64,000 nt of DNA, from assembly GCF_947072685.1 (NCBI RefSeq), contig NZ_CAMTIK010000009.1:3360-67359 (forward strand). The letters run 5' to 3'. Under the pieces are notes generated by a model. The model saw only the letters and a list, made by a program, of their open reading frames with translations, did not search any database and was not told the DNA's origin. Below are positions 29,205 to 38,809 of the stretch, piece after piece. This stretch comes from an uncultured Cetobacterium sp. (GTDB lineage Bacteria > Fusobacteriota > Fusobacteriia > Fusobacteriales > Fusobacteriaceae). Every line of letters begins with the position of its first letter. The first letter of the stretch is position 1. A program made the translations under genes and the position numbers.

Positions 29205-29296
29205 TTAATATTTTTAATGAAATTTCTTTAGATTTATGTTATTCTTTAAGTGTCAAATAACCCTATTTTAATAGGGATTTTAGAGAGGTGTTTTAT

Positions 29297-29782
29297 ATGA
29301 AAATAGAAGAAGGAAAAGTTGTAACACTTGAGTTTAAAGTTTATGACAAAGACAATGGAGAGCTTTTAGAGGATACAAAAGAAGTAGGACCATTTTTCTA
29401 CATCCATGGATTTGGAAATTTTGTTCCAGCTATCGAAGAAGCTTTAGAAGGTAAAGAAAAAGGATACACAACAACAATTGAATTAACTCCTGAAGAAGGT
29501 TACGGAGAGTATGATGAAGAGTTAGTTGTAGAGATGGATAAAGATGAATTCGTTGAATTCGAAGATATCTATGAAGGTTTAGATTTTATTGCAGACATGG
29601 ATGATGGTTCTGAGCAATCATTTGTTATTACAAGTGTTGAAGAGGAGTTCGTTGTAGCGGATGGAAACCACCCATTCTCTGGTAAAAATTTAAAATTTGA
29701 TGTTACTGTTTCTGATGTTAGAGATGCTACAGAAGAAGAAGTAGAGCATGGTCACCCTCATTTCCACGGTTTCGAAGATTAA
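29297..29782 (+). CDS. slyD: SlyD-type FKBP peptidyl-prolyl isomerase
   Basis: LTPEEGYGEYD, DGNHPFSGKNL.F.V, His-rich tail HGHPHFH. Confidence 0.9.
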   Translation: MKIEEGKVVTLEFKVYDKDNGELLEDTKEVGPFFYIHGFGNFVPAIEEALEGKEKGYTTTIELTPEEGYGEYDEELVVEMDKDEFVEFEDIYEGLDFIADMDDGSEQSFVITSVEEEFVVADGNHPFSGKNLKFDVTVSDVRDATEEEVEHGHPHFHGFED

Positions 29783-29811
29783 TCAAACTATATAATTTAA
29801 GGAGTAATTAA

Positions 29812-30240
29812 ATGAAAATAGCTTTAGGTGCAGATCACGGTGGATTTGCTTTAAAAGAAATTATTAAAAGTCATCTAGAAAAAAAAGGCTTTGAAATTTT
29901 AGATAAAGGAGCTTTCTCTACTGAGTCTGTTGATTATCCAACTTATGCAAAGTCTGTTGCTAAATCTATTCTTGAAAAAGAAGCGGATTTTGGTATTTTA
30001 ATCTGTGGTACGGGTATTGGTATATCAATTGCTGCAAATAGATTTAAAGGTATTAGAGCAGCTCTTTGCTCAAATACAACAATGGCTAAGCTTACAAGAG
30101 AGCATAACGATGCCAATATTCTTGCACTTGGGGCTAGAATGACTGGTGATATCCTAGCTCTTGAAATTGTTGATGAGTTCTTAAGAACTCAATTCGAAGG
30201 TGGAAGACATTCAACTAGAATTGAAGCTATTGAACTTTAA
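29812..30240 (+). CDS. rpiB: Ribose-5-phosphate isomerase B
   Basis: GADHGG, CGTGIG, HNDAN.L.LGAR, FEGGRH motifs. Confidence 0.95.
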   Translation: MKIALGADHGGFALKEIIKSHLEKKGFEILDKGAFSTESVDYPTYAKSVAKSILEKEADFGILICGTGIGISIAANRFKGIRAALCSNTTMAKLTREHNDANILALGARMTGDILALEIVDEFLRTQFEGGRHSTRIEAIEL

Positions 30241-30253
30241 GAAGGAGTGAACT

Positions 30254-30598
30254 ATGGCTACTATTTTTACTAAAATTATAAATAAAGAAATTCCAGCATC
30301 TATTGTTTTTGAAAATGATAAAGTTATTGCTTTCAAAGATATTAATCCTCAGGCTCCTATTCATATATTAGTTGTTCCTAAAAAGGAAATCCCAACTTTA
30401 AATGATATTGAAAAAGAGGATTCTGAGTATATCTTAGCTATGTATTTAGCTATAAAAGAGATTGCTCATGATTTTGGAATCTCTGAAAATGGTTATAGAG
30501 TAATCACAAACTGTAATACTCACGGAGGGCAGGAAGTATTTCATCTGCATTTTCATCTTTTAGGTGGAAAACCTCTAGGGCATATGTTAGCATTTTAA
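30254..30598 (+). CDS. Histidine-triad nucleotide-binding protein (HinT)
   Basis: DINPQAP.H.LVVPK, GQEVFHLHFH. Confidence 0.93.
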   Translation: MATIFTKIINKEIPASIVFENDKVIAFKDINPQAPIHILVVPKKEIPTLNDIEKEDSEYILAMYLAIKEIAHDFGISENGYRVITNCNTHGGQEVFHLHFHLLGGKPLGHMLAF

Positions 30599-30601
30599 AA
30601 T

Positions 30602-30642
30602 AAAAGGTTGGATTCTAGCAATTGCTAAAATCCAACCTTTTT
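30602..30642. terminator. Bidirectional terminator
   Basis: AAAAGGTTGGATT...AATCCAACCTTTTT between convergent genes. Confidence 0.8.
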
Positions 30643-30644
30643 AC

Positions 30645-33104
30645 TTACTTCTCAACCCATTCTTTTATCTCTAAGAAATTAGTAGACACAATTTTTTCTA
30701 CATCTAATTTCTCTGGTGAGACCTTCTCAAAAAACTTTATTTTTACTTTTCCTTTTTCAGGCATTTTCCTATGAGCCGGAAATAATTCATAAGCACCTTT
30801 TATTGCAAACGGTTGAATATCTGCATTGAGCTCTTTAGACAGTATGGCATAAAACTTTTTAAATTCTTTTACTTTCCCATCTCTGCTTCTTGTCCCTTCT
30901 GGAAATATTACTATATTTTTACCTTGTCTTAATGCTGTTGCCGCAGATTGTAATGTCTCCGAAAGATTTTTATTTATATCTATTAGTATTATGTTTGAAT
31001 TTTCTCCAAGATATTTCATAAATCTACCCTTAAAATGTGCTACTTTAGCTAAATAATAAGTTTCATCTAAAATATTATTGTCTAAACTTTGTGAAAAAAT
31101 AAAGCCATCTAAAAAACTTTGATGATTACCTATAAAAATAGTTGGCCTTTCTATTTTTATATTTTCTAGCCCCTCTTTTTCTATTTTTAAATATGTTGAG
31201 AAGGGTATTTTAGAAATTAATTTTATCACTTTACCAATAAAATTATATTTTGGTAGTCCTTCTAAGTTTTCTTTTTCTAATATTTTTTTCCAATCGATAT
31301 CTTTTACATCTACACCCTTTGAATGAATCTTTAGATACTCTGAAATTTTAACAACCGTTGGATTTTCTATAAAAATATCCTCTGTCAATGTCACTCCAAA
31401 ACTATTTTCAATAAAAGCTATAAATTCAACCATATCAAGTGAATCTAATCCTAAATCTAGTTCTAAATGAGCTGTTGAAGAAATTTCCCTTCCTTTCAGT
31501 TCCTTTAAATAACTTGAAACTACTTTATATTCTTCAAAAGTTGGTGTATTTATCTCTTTTTCAACCTCTATATTCCCTTCTAATAAATCTGGAATCATAA
31601 ATCTTCTGATCTTTCCTATTTTTGTTTTTGGAAGCTCTTCTTGAACTATCTTTATATCCAGGATTTTTTTATAATTCGCTGCTCCACCGTTATATTTATC
31701 TATCACTCCAGTTTTTAAAGTTTCTAGAATATTTGTAATCTTTTTTTCTTTAACTTTTTGAAAATTAGGATATACTACCACTGTCAATAAAGAATTGTAC
31801 TCAATTACAACCATCTCTTCTATCAAATCAGTTTTAGACATAATCCATTGCTCTATTTCTATTGGGTTTATATTCTTCCCGTTAGAAAGAACTATCATCT
31901 CTTTTTTTCTACCGGTTACATACAGATACTCACCCTTCATCTCACCGAGATCGCCTGTATGGAACCAACCTTCTTTATCTATAACTTCTGATGTCTCTTC
32001 CGGTTTATTGTAATAACCTTTCATAAGATTTCTTCCTTTTGAAAGAATCTCTCCATCCTCAGCAAATTTAATCTGAACCCCATCCATAAGCTTTCCTGCT
32101 GATCCTGGTACAACCTGGTTTATTGGTGTAAACGTTATCATTGGAGCCGTCTCTGTAAGCCCATATCCCTCACAAATATCTATTCCTAAGATTTTAAAAT
32201 CTCTAGATATTTCTGGGTTCAATTTAGAACCGCCTGATACAAAAAATCTTATGTTCCCTCCAAAACCTTCATGAACTTTTTTAAATATTTTTTTACTTAA
32301 ATCCTTGCTGTTCATCTTCTCACAAAGTTTAAATAATATTTTTGCAACCTTATTTGAATCTATCTTTTCCATTATTTTTTTATGAAGCATCTCCCAAAGT
32401 CTTGGCACACCTATCATCATTGTTATTTTATAATTTTTTAAAGCCTCCACCATCGATTGAGATGACAACTCCTTTAAAAAAGCTATTGTAGCTCCTTGCT
32501 GCAATGGAACTATCCCAGATCCTAACAATGGAAATATATGGTGCATCGGCAGTAACGCTAAAACTCTATCTGTTGGTTTATACATATTGTACTTATTTAA
32601 CCCTTCAATATTTACCAATATATTATCGAAAGTTAACATCACTCCTTTGGGTTTTCCAGTTGTTCCCGATGTATATAAAATTAATGAAACTGCGTCATTT
32701 TCAGGAGCATATATGATTCCTTCATGATTTGCTTTTGATAAATCTATCTCATCTACATTCAATATTTTTGTTTTTATTCCTGATTTTTCTACAGCTTCTT
32801 CCGCTATTTTTAAATTATTATTTGATGTAAATATATATTTTGGTGTTGAATCCTCAATAAAATATTGAAATTCAGAAACTTTCGAAGCCGAATCCAAACA
32901 AATACATGTCCCTTTTTTATCCCAAATTCCTAAAAAAGCAAATAAAAATTCCGGTCTATTTTCCATAAAAATAACAACATGATCCTCTTTTTTAATATCT
33001 AAATAAGTCGCATACTCCTTTGATCCAGATATTAGATCTTTATATGAATACTCTTTGCCTTCATATATTATCGCCGTCTTATTATAATTTTTTACAAATT
33101 CCAA
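30645..33104 (-). CDS. Fatty-acid adenylation + ACP + PlsC-type acyltransferase fusion, paralog 1
   Basis: YTSGTTGKPKGV, GYGLTE, WFHTGD (AMP-binding); DLGLDSLD (phosphopantetheine Ser); NHQS..D and IFPEG.R (acyltransferase). Confidence 0.88.
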   Translation of the reverse strand: MEFVKNYNKTAIIYEGKEYSYKDLISGSKEYATYLDIKKEDHVVIFMENRPEFLFAFLGIWDKKGTCICLDSASKVSEFQYFIEDSTPKYIFTSNNNLKIAEEAVEKSGIKTKILNVDEIDLSKANHEGIIYAPENDAVSLILYTSGTTGKPKGVMLTFDNILVNIEGLNKYNMYKPTDRVLALLPMHHIFPLLGSGIVPLQQGATIAFLKELSSQSMVEALKNYKITMMIGVPRLWEMLHKKIMEKIDSNKVAKILFKLCEKMNSKDLSKKIFKKVHEGFGGNIRFFVSGGSKLNPEISRDFKILGIDICEGYGLTETAPMITFTPINQVVPGSAGKLMDGVQIKFAEDGEILSKGRNLMKGYYNKPEETSEVIDKEGWFHTGDLGEMKGEYLYVTGRKKEMIVLSNGKNINPIEIEQWIMSKTDLIEEMVVIEYNSLLTVVVYPNFQKVKEKKITNILETLKTGVIDKYNGGAANYKKILDIKIVQEELPKTKIGKIRRFMIPDLLEGNIEVEKEINTPTFEEYKVVSSYLKELKGREISSTAHLELDLGLDSLDMVEFIAFIENSFGVTLTEDIFIENPTVVKISEYLKIHSKGVDVKDIDWKKILEKENLEGLPKYNFIGKVIKLISKIPFSTYLKIEKEGLENIKIERPTIFIGNHQSFLDGFIFSQSLDNNILDETYYLAKVAHFKGRFMKYLGENSNIILIDINKNLSETLQSAATALRQGKNIVIFPEGTRSRDGKVKEFKKFYAILSKELNADIQPFAIKGAYELFPAHRKMPEKGKVKIKFFEKVSPEKLDVEKIVSTNFLEIKEWVEK

Positions 33105-33234
33105 TTTTCCCTCCCAAGTATTACAGGTGTTTTCTTAATCTTTAGTTTGATTATATCATAATTGCGTTATTATTTCAACAATGTGAGTTGATGAAAAAAG
33201 CTATGATATAATCATATCATAGCTTTTTAGATTT

Positions 33235-35739
33235 TTATCTGTTTAAAATACTAAAAATTTCATCTTTAGATTTTTCAACAATCTGTTCTACTGTCATATC
33301 TTTTGGTTCTATTTTATCTAAGAATGTTATACTCATTTTCCCTGATTTTGGATATGAACTTCCGTACGGCATCAAATCGTAAGCACCTTTTACTGCGAAT
33401 GGAACAACTGGAATGTTTAATTCTTTTGATAAAATTCCAAATGTTTTCTTAAATTCTTGTATTTCTCCATCTCTTGTTCTTGCCCCTTCTGGGAATATCA
33501 CTAAATTTTTGCCCTCTTTCAACACTTGCGCTGATATTTTTAAAGTTTCCTTTAAATTTTTATTGATATCCACCAATATTAAATTCCCATTTTCTGCTAT
33601 ATGTTTCTTTAAAGCTCCTTCAAAATGGATATTTATAGCTAAAAAATATGTATTTTTTAAAAACTCTTTAGGGAGAGCTTGCCCAAATGCAAATGCATCT
33701 AACATACTTTGATGATTCCCTACGAAAATAACTGGTGATTTTTCCTCTAATTTTGCTGTATTTTTTTCTAATTTTATATATGTTGAGAAAACTGGTTTTA
33801 ATAATCCTGTTATAAATCCAACATATCTAGATGATGGCATTTTTACTTCAACTGGCTCAGAAAATATTTTTTGCCAATTTATCTCTTGTTCTTCAAAATT
33901 CCCACCTTTTTCTCTTATATATTGACAAAGTGTTTCCACAGTTTTGATTTTTGAAAAATCTTCCTCATGAATTTCAACACCAAATGTATTTTCTACAAAA
34001 GTTATAATTTCAACTATATCAAGTGAATCTAGCCCTAAATCAATTTCTAAATGAGATTCAGGAATTATATCTATTCCATCATGAAGTGTTAGTATGAACT
34101 TAGTTATCTCTTTAAACTCTTCTGAGTTCACTTCTGGTGAAGTTGAAACTTTTTTCTCTACTATTTTTCTCTCTATACTCCCCTCATCACTCACTGTTGA
34201 AATCCCTTTTATCAGATCTTTTAACATAAATCTTCTAAGTTTTCCCAATTTTGTTTTTGGTAGCTCCTCTTTCAATATAATTATATCTAAAATTTTTCTA
34301 TATTTTGGAGCAGTTACATTATATTTATCAATAACTTCCCATTTTATAGCTTCTTTAGCATTTACAATTTTCTTTTGCTCCAATACTTTAAAATCTGGAA
34401 AAACTAGAGCTACTAAATGATTTTCGTGTTCTGCCACTGCAACCTCTTGTATCAAGTCTGTCCCTTTCATTATTTCAGCTTCAACATCGGCAGGATTTAT
34501 ATTTTTTCCATTCGAAAGAACTATCATCTCTTTTTTTCTTCCAATTATTCTTATGTGATCTCCATCAAATTGCCCCAAATCTCCTGTATGGAACCAACCT
34601 TCTTTATCTATTGCTTCAGCTGTCGCTTCTGGTTTATTATAATAACCCTTCATAACATTTCTACCTTTTACAACTATTTCTCCATCCTCTTTTAACTTCA
34701 CTGTCACACCTGGCAGTGGAACTCCTACCGTTCCTGGGATTATGTCTCCCGGTCTATTGAACGATATTATTGGTGACGTTTCTGTAAGTCCATAACCCTC
34801 TAACATATTCATTCCAAAAGTACTAAAATCTTCACAAATTTCTTGTTCTAACTTTGCTCCACCTGAAACTAGAATTCTTATATTTCCTCCAAATCCTTCA
34901 TGAATTTTTTTGAAAATAACTTTACTTAAACTCTTACTGTTTATTTTTTTACATAGTTTAAACATTTTTAAACTTACAGGACTTGCTTTTATTTTCCCCA
35001 TAATTCCTTTATGAAACATCTCCCAAACTCTTGGAACCCCTATAACTACACTTATTTTATACTTTTGTAAATTTCTTTTTATCGCTTCTGAAGATAACTC
35101 TTCTAAAATAACAATTAAACATCCAAAATGTAACGGCATTAACAATGTTAATACTAAAGGTAAAACATGATGGAATGGTAACATTGCAAGCACACTGTCC
35201 GCCTCAGTTACAAGTTTTATCTCCTCTACCCCCTGAACATTTGACATAAGATTATCAAATGTCAACATTACTCCTTTAGGATTTCCAGTTGTTCCTGATG
35301 TATAAAGCATTACTGCTACACTATTTTCATCCGGAATCTCTATTGAATATTTCTCTATTAAAATATCAGTCGGTATATCTATTTCATCCACATTCAATAT
35401 CTCTATTGCTGATTGTGCAACTCTTTTAGCTTCTTTAACAACTTCAACAGTTTCATTGGACGTTATTATGTATTTCGGGAATGAATCTTTAAATACATAA
35501 ACCAGCTGCTCTACACTATAACTTGCATCTAAATTCGTACATGTACCTTTTTTATCCCACACCCCTAATATTGAGCCTATGTATTCAACTCTGTTTTCCA
35601 TAAAAATAGAAACTCTATCACCACTTTCTATTTTTAACAAACCTGAATATACTTTTGCTATTTTTATTATTTCAGCATATGAATATTCTCTATCTTTATA
35701 TATTACTGCTGTCTTTTTACGATCGTATACAAATTCCAT
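33235..35739 (-). CDS. Fatty-acid adenylation + ACP + PlsC-type acyltransferase fusion, paralog 2
   Basis: Same three-domain motif set as 30645..33104. Separated from it by a terminator (33194..33228) and a TTGAAA-17-TATAAT promoter. Confidence 0.88.
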   Translation of the reverse strand: MEFVYDRKKTAVIYKDREYSYAEIIKIAKVYSGLLKIESGDRVSIFMENRVEYIGSILGVWDKKGTCTNLDASYSVEQLVYVFKDSFPKYIITSNETVEVVKEAKRVAQSAIEILNVDEIDIPTDILIEKYSIEIPDENSVAVMLYTSGTTGNPKGVMLTFDNLMSNVQGVEEIKLVTEADSVLAMLPFHHVLPLVLTLLMPLHFGCLIVILEELSSEAIKRNLQKYKISVVIGVPRVWEMFHKGIMGKIKASPVSLKMFKLCKKINSKSLSKVIFKKIHEGFGGNIRILVSGGAKLEQEICEDFSTFGMNMLEGYGLTETSPIISFNRPGDIIPGTVGVPLPGVTVKLKEDGEIVVKGRNVMKGYYNKPEATAEAIDKEGWFHTGDLGQFDGDHIRIIGRKKEMIVLSNGKNINPADVEAEIMKGTDLIQEVAVAEHENHLVALVFPDFKVLEQKKIVNAKEAIKWEVIDKYNVTAPKYRKILDIIILKEELPKTKLGKLRRFMLKDLIKGISTVSDEGSIERKIVEKKVSTSPEVNSEEFKEITKFILTLHDGIDIIPESHLEIDLGLDSLDIVEIITFVENTFGVEIHEEDFSKIKTVETLCQYIREKGGNFEEQEINWQKIFSEPVEVKMPSSRYVGFITGLLKPVFSTYIKLEKNTAKLEEKSPVIFVGNHQSMLDAFAFGQALPKEFLKNTYFLAINIHFEGALKKHIAENGNLILVDINKNLKETLKISAQVLKEGKNLVIFPEGARTRDGEIQEFKKTFGILSKELNIPVVPFAVKGAYDLMPYGSSYPKSGKMSITFLDKIEPKDMTVEQIVEKSKDEIFSILNR

Positions 35740-35890
35740 ACAGTCCTCCCTTTTTGTTCTGTTATTTCAGTTTAACAACTTATTTTATAATAAGTTACAA
35801 CAATTGTCTACTTTTTCCTCTTACTTTGATTGACTTTTTAGTTTTTATGAAGTAGTATTGATTTAAAACAATTAAAGGAGGTTAAAAAAT

Positions 35891-36469
35891 ATGTTAGATA
35901 ATCTATTCACAAAAACTCGATCCCATAGAAGTTTTGATTCCACTAAAATAGGTTTCGAAAACCTAGAGAGTATGGTTAATGCTGCTCGTTTTGGAGGTTC
36001 TGCTAGGAATAGTCAAACTCTTCGTTTTACTCTTGTTAACTCTGAAAGTCTATGTCAAAAAATATTTCCTCACACTGCTTGGGCAGGTGCTATTCCTTGG
36101 AGTCCTACTTCTGAAGAAAGTCCAAGAGCATACATTTTAGTTAGTAGTCTGAAAGACTCCCCTCTTTCACCTATTTCCCTTGGAATTGATATTGGGATAG
36201 CTTCTCAAAATATTCTTTTAAAAGCTACCGACCTTGGTTTTGGAGGCTGCTTAATCGCTTCTTTTAATAAAGCAGATGTTTCCAATACCCTTGATTTAGA
36301 TTTAGAAATATATGTTCCACAACTTTTAATAGCTTTAGGGAAATCTACTGATAAAGTCATTATTACAGAAGGAAATGTAACTAATTTAAAGTATCATAGA
36401 GATGTGCATACATCCACTCACTATGTACCTAAACTGCCACTTAGTACATTGATATTAAAAAAATTTTAG
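35891..36469 (+). CDS. Nitroreductase family protein
   Basis: RSHRSF, SARNSQ.LRF, DIGIASQNILL.A...G.GGC motifs. Confidence 0.88.
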   Translation: MLDNLFTKTRSHRSFDSTKIGFENLESMVNAARFGGSARNSQTLRFTLVNSESLCQKIFPHTAWAGAIPWSPTSEESPRAYILVSSLKDSPLSPISLGIDIGIASQNILLKATDLGFGGCLIASFNKADVSNTLDLDLEIYVPQLLIALGKSTDKVIITEGNVTNLKYHRDVHTSTHYVPKLPLSTLILKKF

Positions 36470-36479
36470 GAGGTTTATT

Positions 36480-37157
36480 ATGAAAAAAACAATTGGAGTT
36501 ATCTCTGTATTGCTATCTACAATCTGTTTAGGGAATGACACACCTACAATCGCTGTCACTGGAAGTGGAACTGTTACCGGAAAGCCTGATATGCTTAGTA
36601 TCATCGCCTCTGTAGAAACAACAAATCCAAACTCTGAAAAAGCGATCTCTGAAAATACAAATATTATAAATAATGCCATTAAGCTACTGAAAAAAGAGGG
36701 ACTGAAAGATAAAAATATAAAGACAGAAAACTACTCTCTTAATTTTAGAAATGACTACAATACCAAAGAAAATGAAATGAAATATTTTGTTAAAAATCAG
36801 ATTATTATTACAAGTGATGATTTGGAAAATACTGGTAAAATTTTAACAGCTCTTAACAATGGTGGAGTTAATAATATCGGTGAAGTCAATTTCTATATTG
36901 CCGATCGAAAAGAACTAGAGGATAAGGCCTATGTTTTAGCCTATGAGGATGCAAAATCTAAAGCCCAACTAATTGCCGGGATTGATAAATTTAGTATCAC
37001 ACCAAAAGATATTAACTTAAACTTTTCAACACCTAGACCACTGGGATATGTCTTCGCTTCTAATGCTAAAATGGGTGACGCCACAATTCCTGTGACTATC
37101 CCTAATAATATTGATGTAACTGCAAGTATGAATGTTATCTTCTATATGGAAAAATAA
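36480..37157 (+). CDS. SIMPL/DUF541 (YggE-like) exported protein
   Basis: Signal peptide, I.VTG.G.V...PD, AY..A..KA..IA pattern. Confidence 0.85.
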   Translation: MKKTIGVISVLLSTICLGNDTPTIAVTGSGTVTGKPDMLSIIASVETTNPNSEKAISENTNIINNAIKLLKKEGLKDKNIKTENYSLNFRNDYNTKENEMKYFVKNQIIITSDDLENTGKILTALNNGGVNNIGEVNFYIADRKELEDKAYVLAYEDAKSKAQLIAGIDKFSITPKDINLNFSTPRPLGYVFASNAKMGDATIPVTIPNNIDVTASMNVIFYMEK

Positions 37158-37220
37158 TTTTTTCCATAATAAAACCTCTGATTTATTGAACTGAAACTCT
37201 CAATAAACCAGAGGTTAATT

Positions 37221-38507
37221 TTATTCTATTCCTTTTTCTATCAAATTATTTTTATCCTCACTCCATTCCATCCATCCATTAGAGTACAAGGAATTCCTCT
37301 CTTTCCCCATAACTTCTGAATAAAATAGCACCTCTGCCGCTCTCCAACCAGAACCACAGAAAAAAGTTAACTCCTTGTTTGAATCTATTCCTAACTTTTC
37401 CCACATATCAAAAATTTCATATCCATTTCTCATTGTATTGTCTATGTTCCTATAATTTTCTAATGTTACCGAAGTTGTTCCTGAGTTTCCCCAAACACTT
37501 CCCGAAATTCTACCTTTTCTATCCATGTAAGAATACCCTGATTCTTTTCCTATCCTCTCATTATAAGATCTTATGTCCACCAATACTTTACTCTTCTGAT
37601 TATCAGATAGCACATTTTTAGTTTCAGCAATATCTATTATCAACTTTTTATTCAATGGTATTTTAGATCCAAAGCTTTCAATAGGCTTAGGATTTACATT
37701 CCCTATATCCACTTTATACCCTTCCTTTTGCCAAGCAGATAACCCACCATTTAACACTCTTACATCTTTGACACCGATATATTTTAATATAACCGCTAAT
37801 CTATATGAAGCCATTACATTATCTCCGTAGAGAATTATTGTATCCTCTTTAGCTATCCCCATGCTTTCAGCAAATTTTATTAAATTTTCATCACTGTTTA
37901 TCATCCATTTCGGTGGCGGCTCAATACTATCGGTATTTATATGAGGAGCTTCTGGAATATGTCCTGCTAAATATATTACTGCATTTGCTAAACTTCCCCA
38001 AGATACCTCAAAGATTTTTGCTGATTTTTTATCTAAAGCTGATTTAACCCAACTTGCAGGTACTAATATTTCATAATTTTTATAACTCTCAAAAGGAAGG
38101 GATTTATACTCTTCATTTGAATTTAAATTATAAAAATAGATATTTTTTATTCCTAATTTACTTAAATAGTTTGCAACAATTTTAGATTTATTTTTATCAA
38201 CATTATATAAAATTATATTTTTTTCAGGTGTTATCCCCTTCAATGAAACTCTTTCTTTTAATATTTTGCTATTCGCTTCATTCAAGTTTTCTTTATCTAA
38301 CCATTTATACGAAAAGTCTGTTGCTCCTTTGATATGTCCATTAACTCCTAAATTTGAAAGATCCCACCCATTATACTCATTTGTATCCCTTGTATCGACA
38401 ATAATCCAATCAGAATTATTTAATCTTTTTAAAACCTCTTTTGTATCAATATCTTTACCAAATATTAATACAGACATTGTAAACATTAAAAACAGTATTT
38501 TTTTCAT
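37221..38507 (-). CDS. Exported triple-rhodanese sulfurtransferase (YnjE-like)
   Basis: Signal peptide and three rhodanese repeats (IVDTR..GHIKGA; GHIPEA..LNGG; VDIRS..FFCGSGWRA with the catalytic Cys). Confidence 0.87.
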   Translation of the reverse strand: MKKILFLMFTMSVLIFGKDIDTKEVLKRLNNSDWIIVDTRDTNEYNGWDLSNLGVNGHIKGATDFSYKWLDKENLNEANSKILKERVSLKGITPEKNIILYNVDKNKSKIVANYLSKLGIKNIYFYNLNSNEEYKSLPFESYKNYEILVPASWVKSALDKKSAKIFEVSWGSLANAVIYLAGHIPEAPHINTDSIEPPPKWMINSDENLIKFAESMGIAKEDTIILYGDNVMASYRLAVILKYIGVKDVRVLNGGLSAWQKEGYKVDIGNVNPKPIESFGSKIPLNKKLIIDIAETKNVLSDNQKSKVLVDIRSYNERIGKESGYSYMDRKGRISGSVWGNSGTTSVTLENYRNIDNTMRNGYEIFDMWEKLGIDSNKELTFFCGSGWRAAEVLFYSEVMGKERNSLYSNGWMEWSEDKNNLIEKGIE

Positions 38508-38613
38508 CTAAATCTCCTAATATATTTTTCCTAGGCAGCACTTTACCTAAAATACAGTATAACCAATTAGCCTTTAACCTAAAAGCTATAAACAGTCAGT
38601 TATTTCATTTCAA
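38455..38613 (-). CDS. Candidate Sec-recoded leader peptide, 52 aa (MKUNNULFIAFRLKANWLYCILGKVLPRKNILGDLDEKNTVFNVYNVCINIW)
   Basis: AGGAGG SD (38622-38627) 8 nt before TTG 38613. In-frame TGA at codons 3 and 6, then open to TAA 38455. SECIS-like hairpin after TGA 2. Recoding is inferred. Confidence 0.4.
38559..38603 (-). promoter_or_regulatory. SECIS-like RNA structure
   Basis: Upper stem UAGCUUUUA-GGU-UAAAGGCUA (38588..38568) with the apical G 16 nt after UGA. The UGA itself pairs in a lower stem (AUAACUGA with UUGGUUAU). Confidence 0.5.
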
Positions 38614-38643
38614 AGTCCTCACCTCCTAAAATATTTCCAACTG

Positions 38644-38673
38644 ATTATATCACTCAGATATTACAAGCGTCAA
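38644..38673 (-). promoter_or_regulatory. Promoter of the leader-rhodanese transcript
   Basis: TTGACG-18-TATAAT with extended TGn. Confidence 0.75.
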
Positions 38674-38809
38674 GAAAAATAGGCTAATCTTCCCACCTAA
38701 TATTATTAAATAAATCTATTTATGATATTATAGATAATTTAAATTGATTTTATAAAAAATATGTTGTATTCTTACTTAAAAAGAAAATTAAATTTAAAGG
38801 AGCTCAAAA

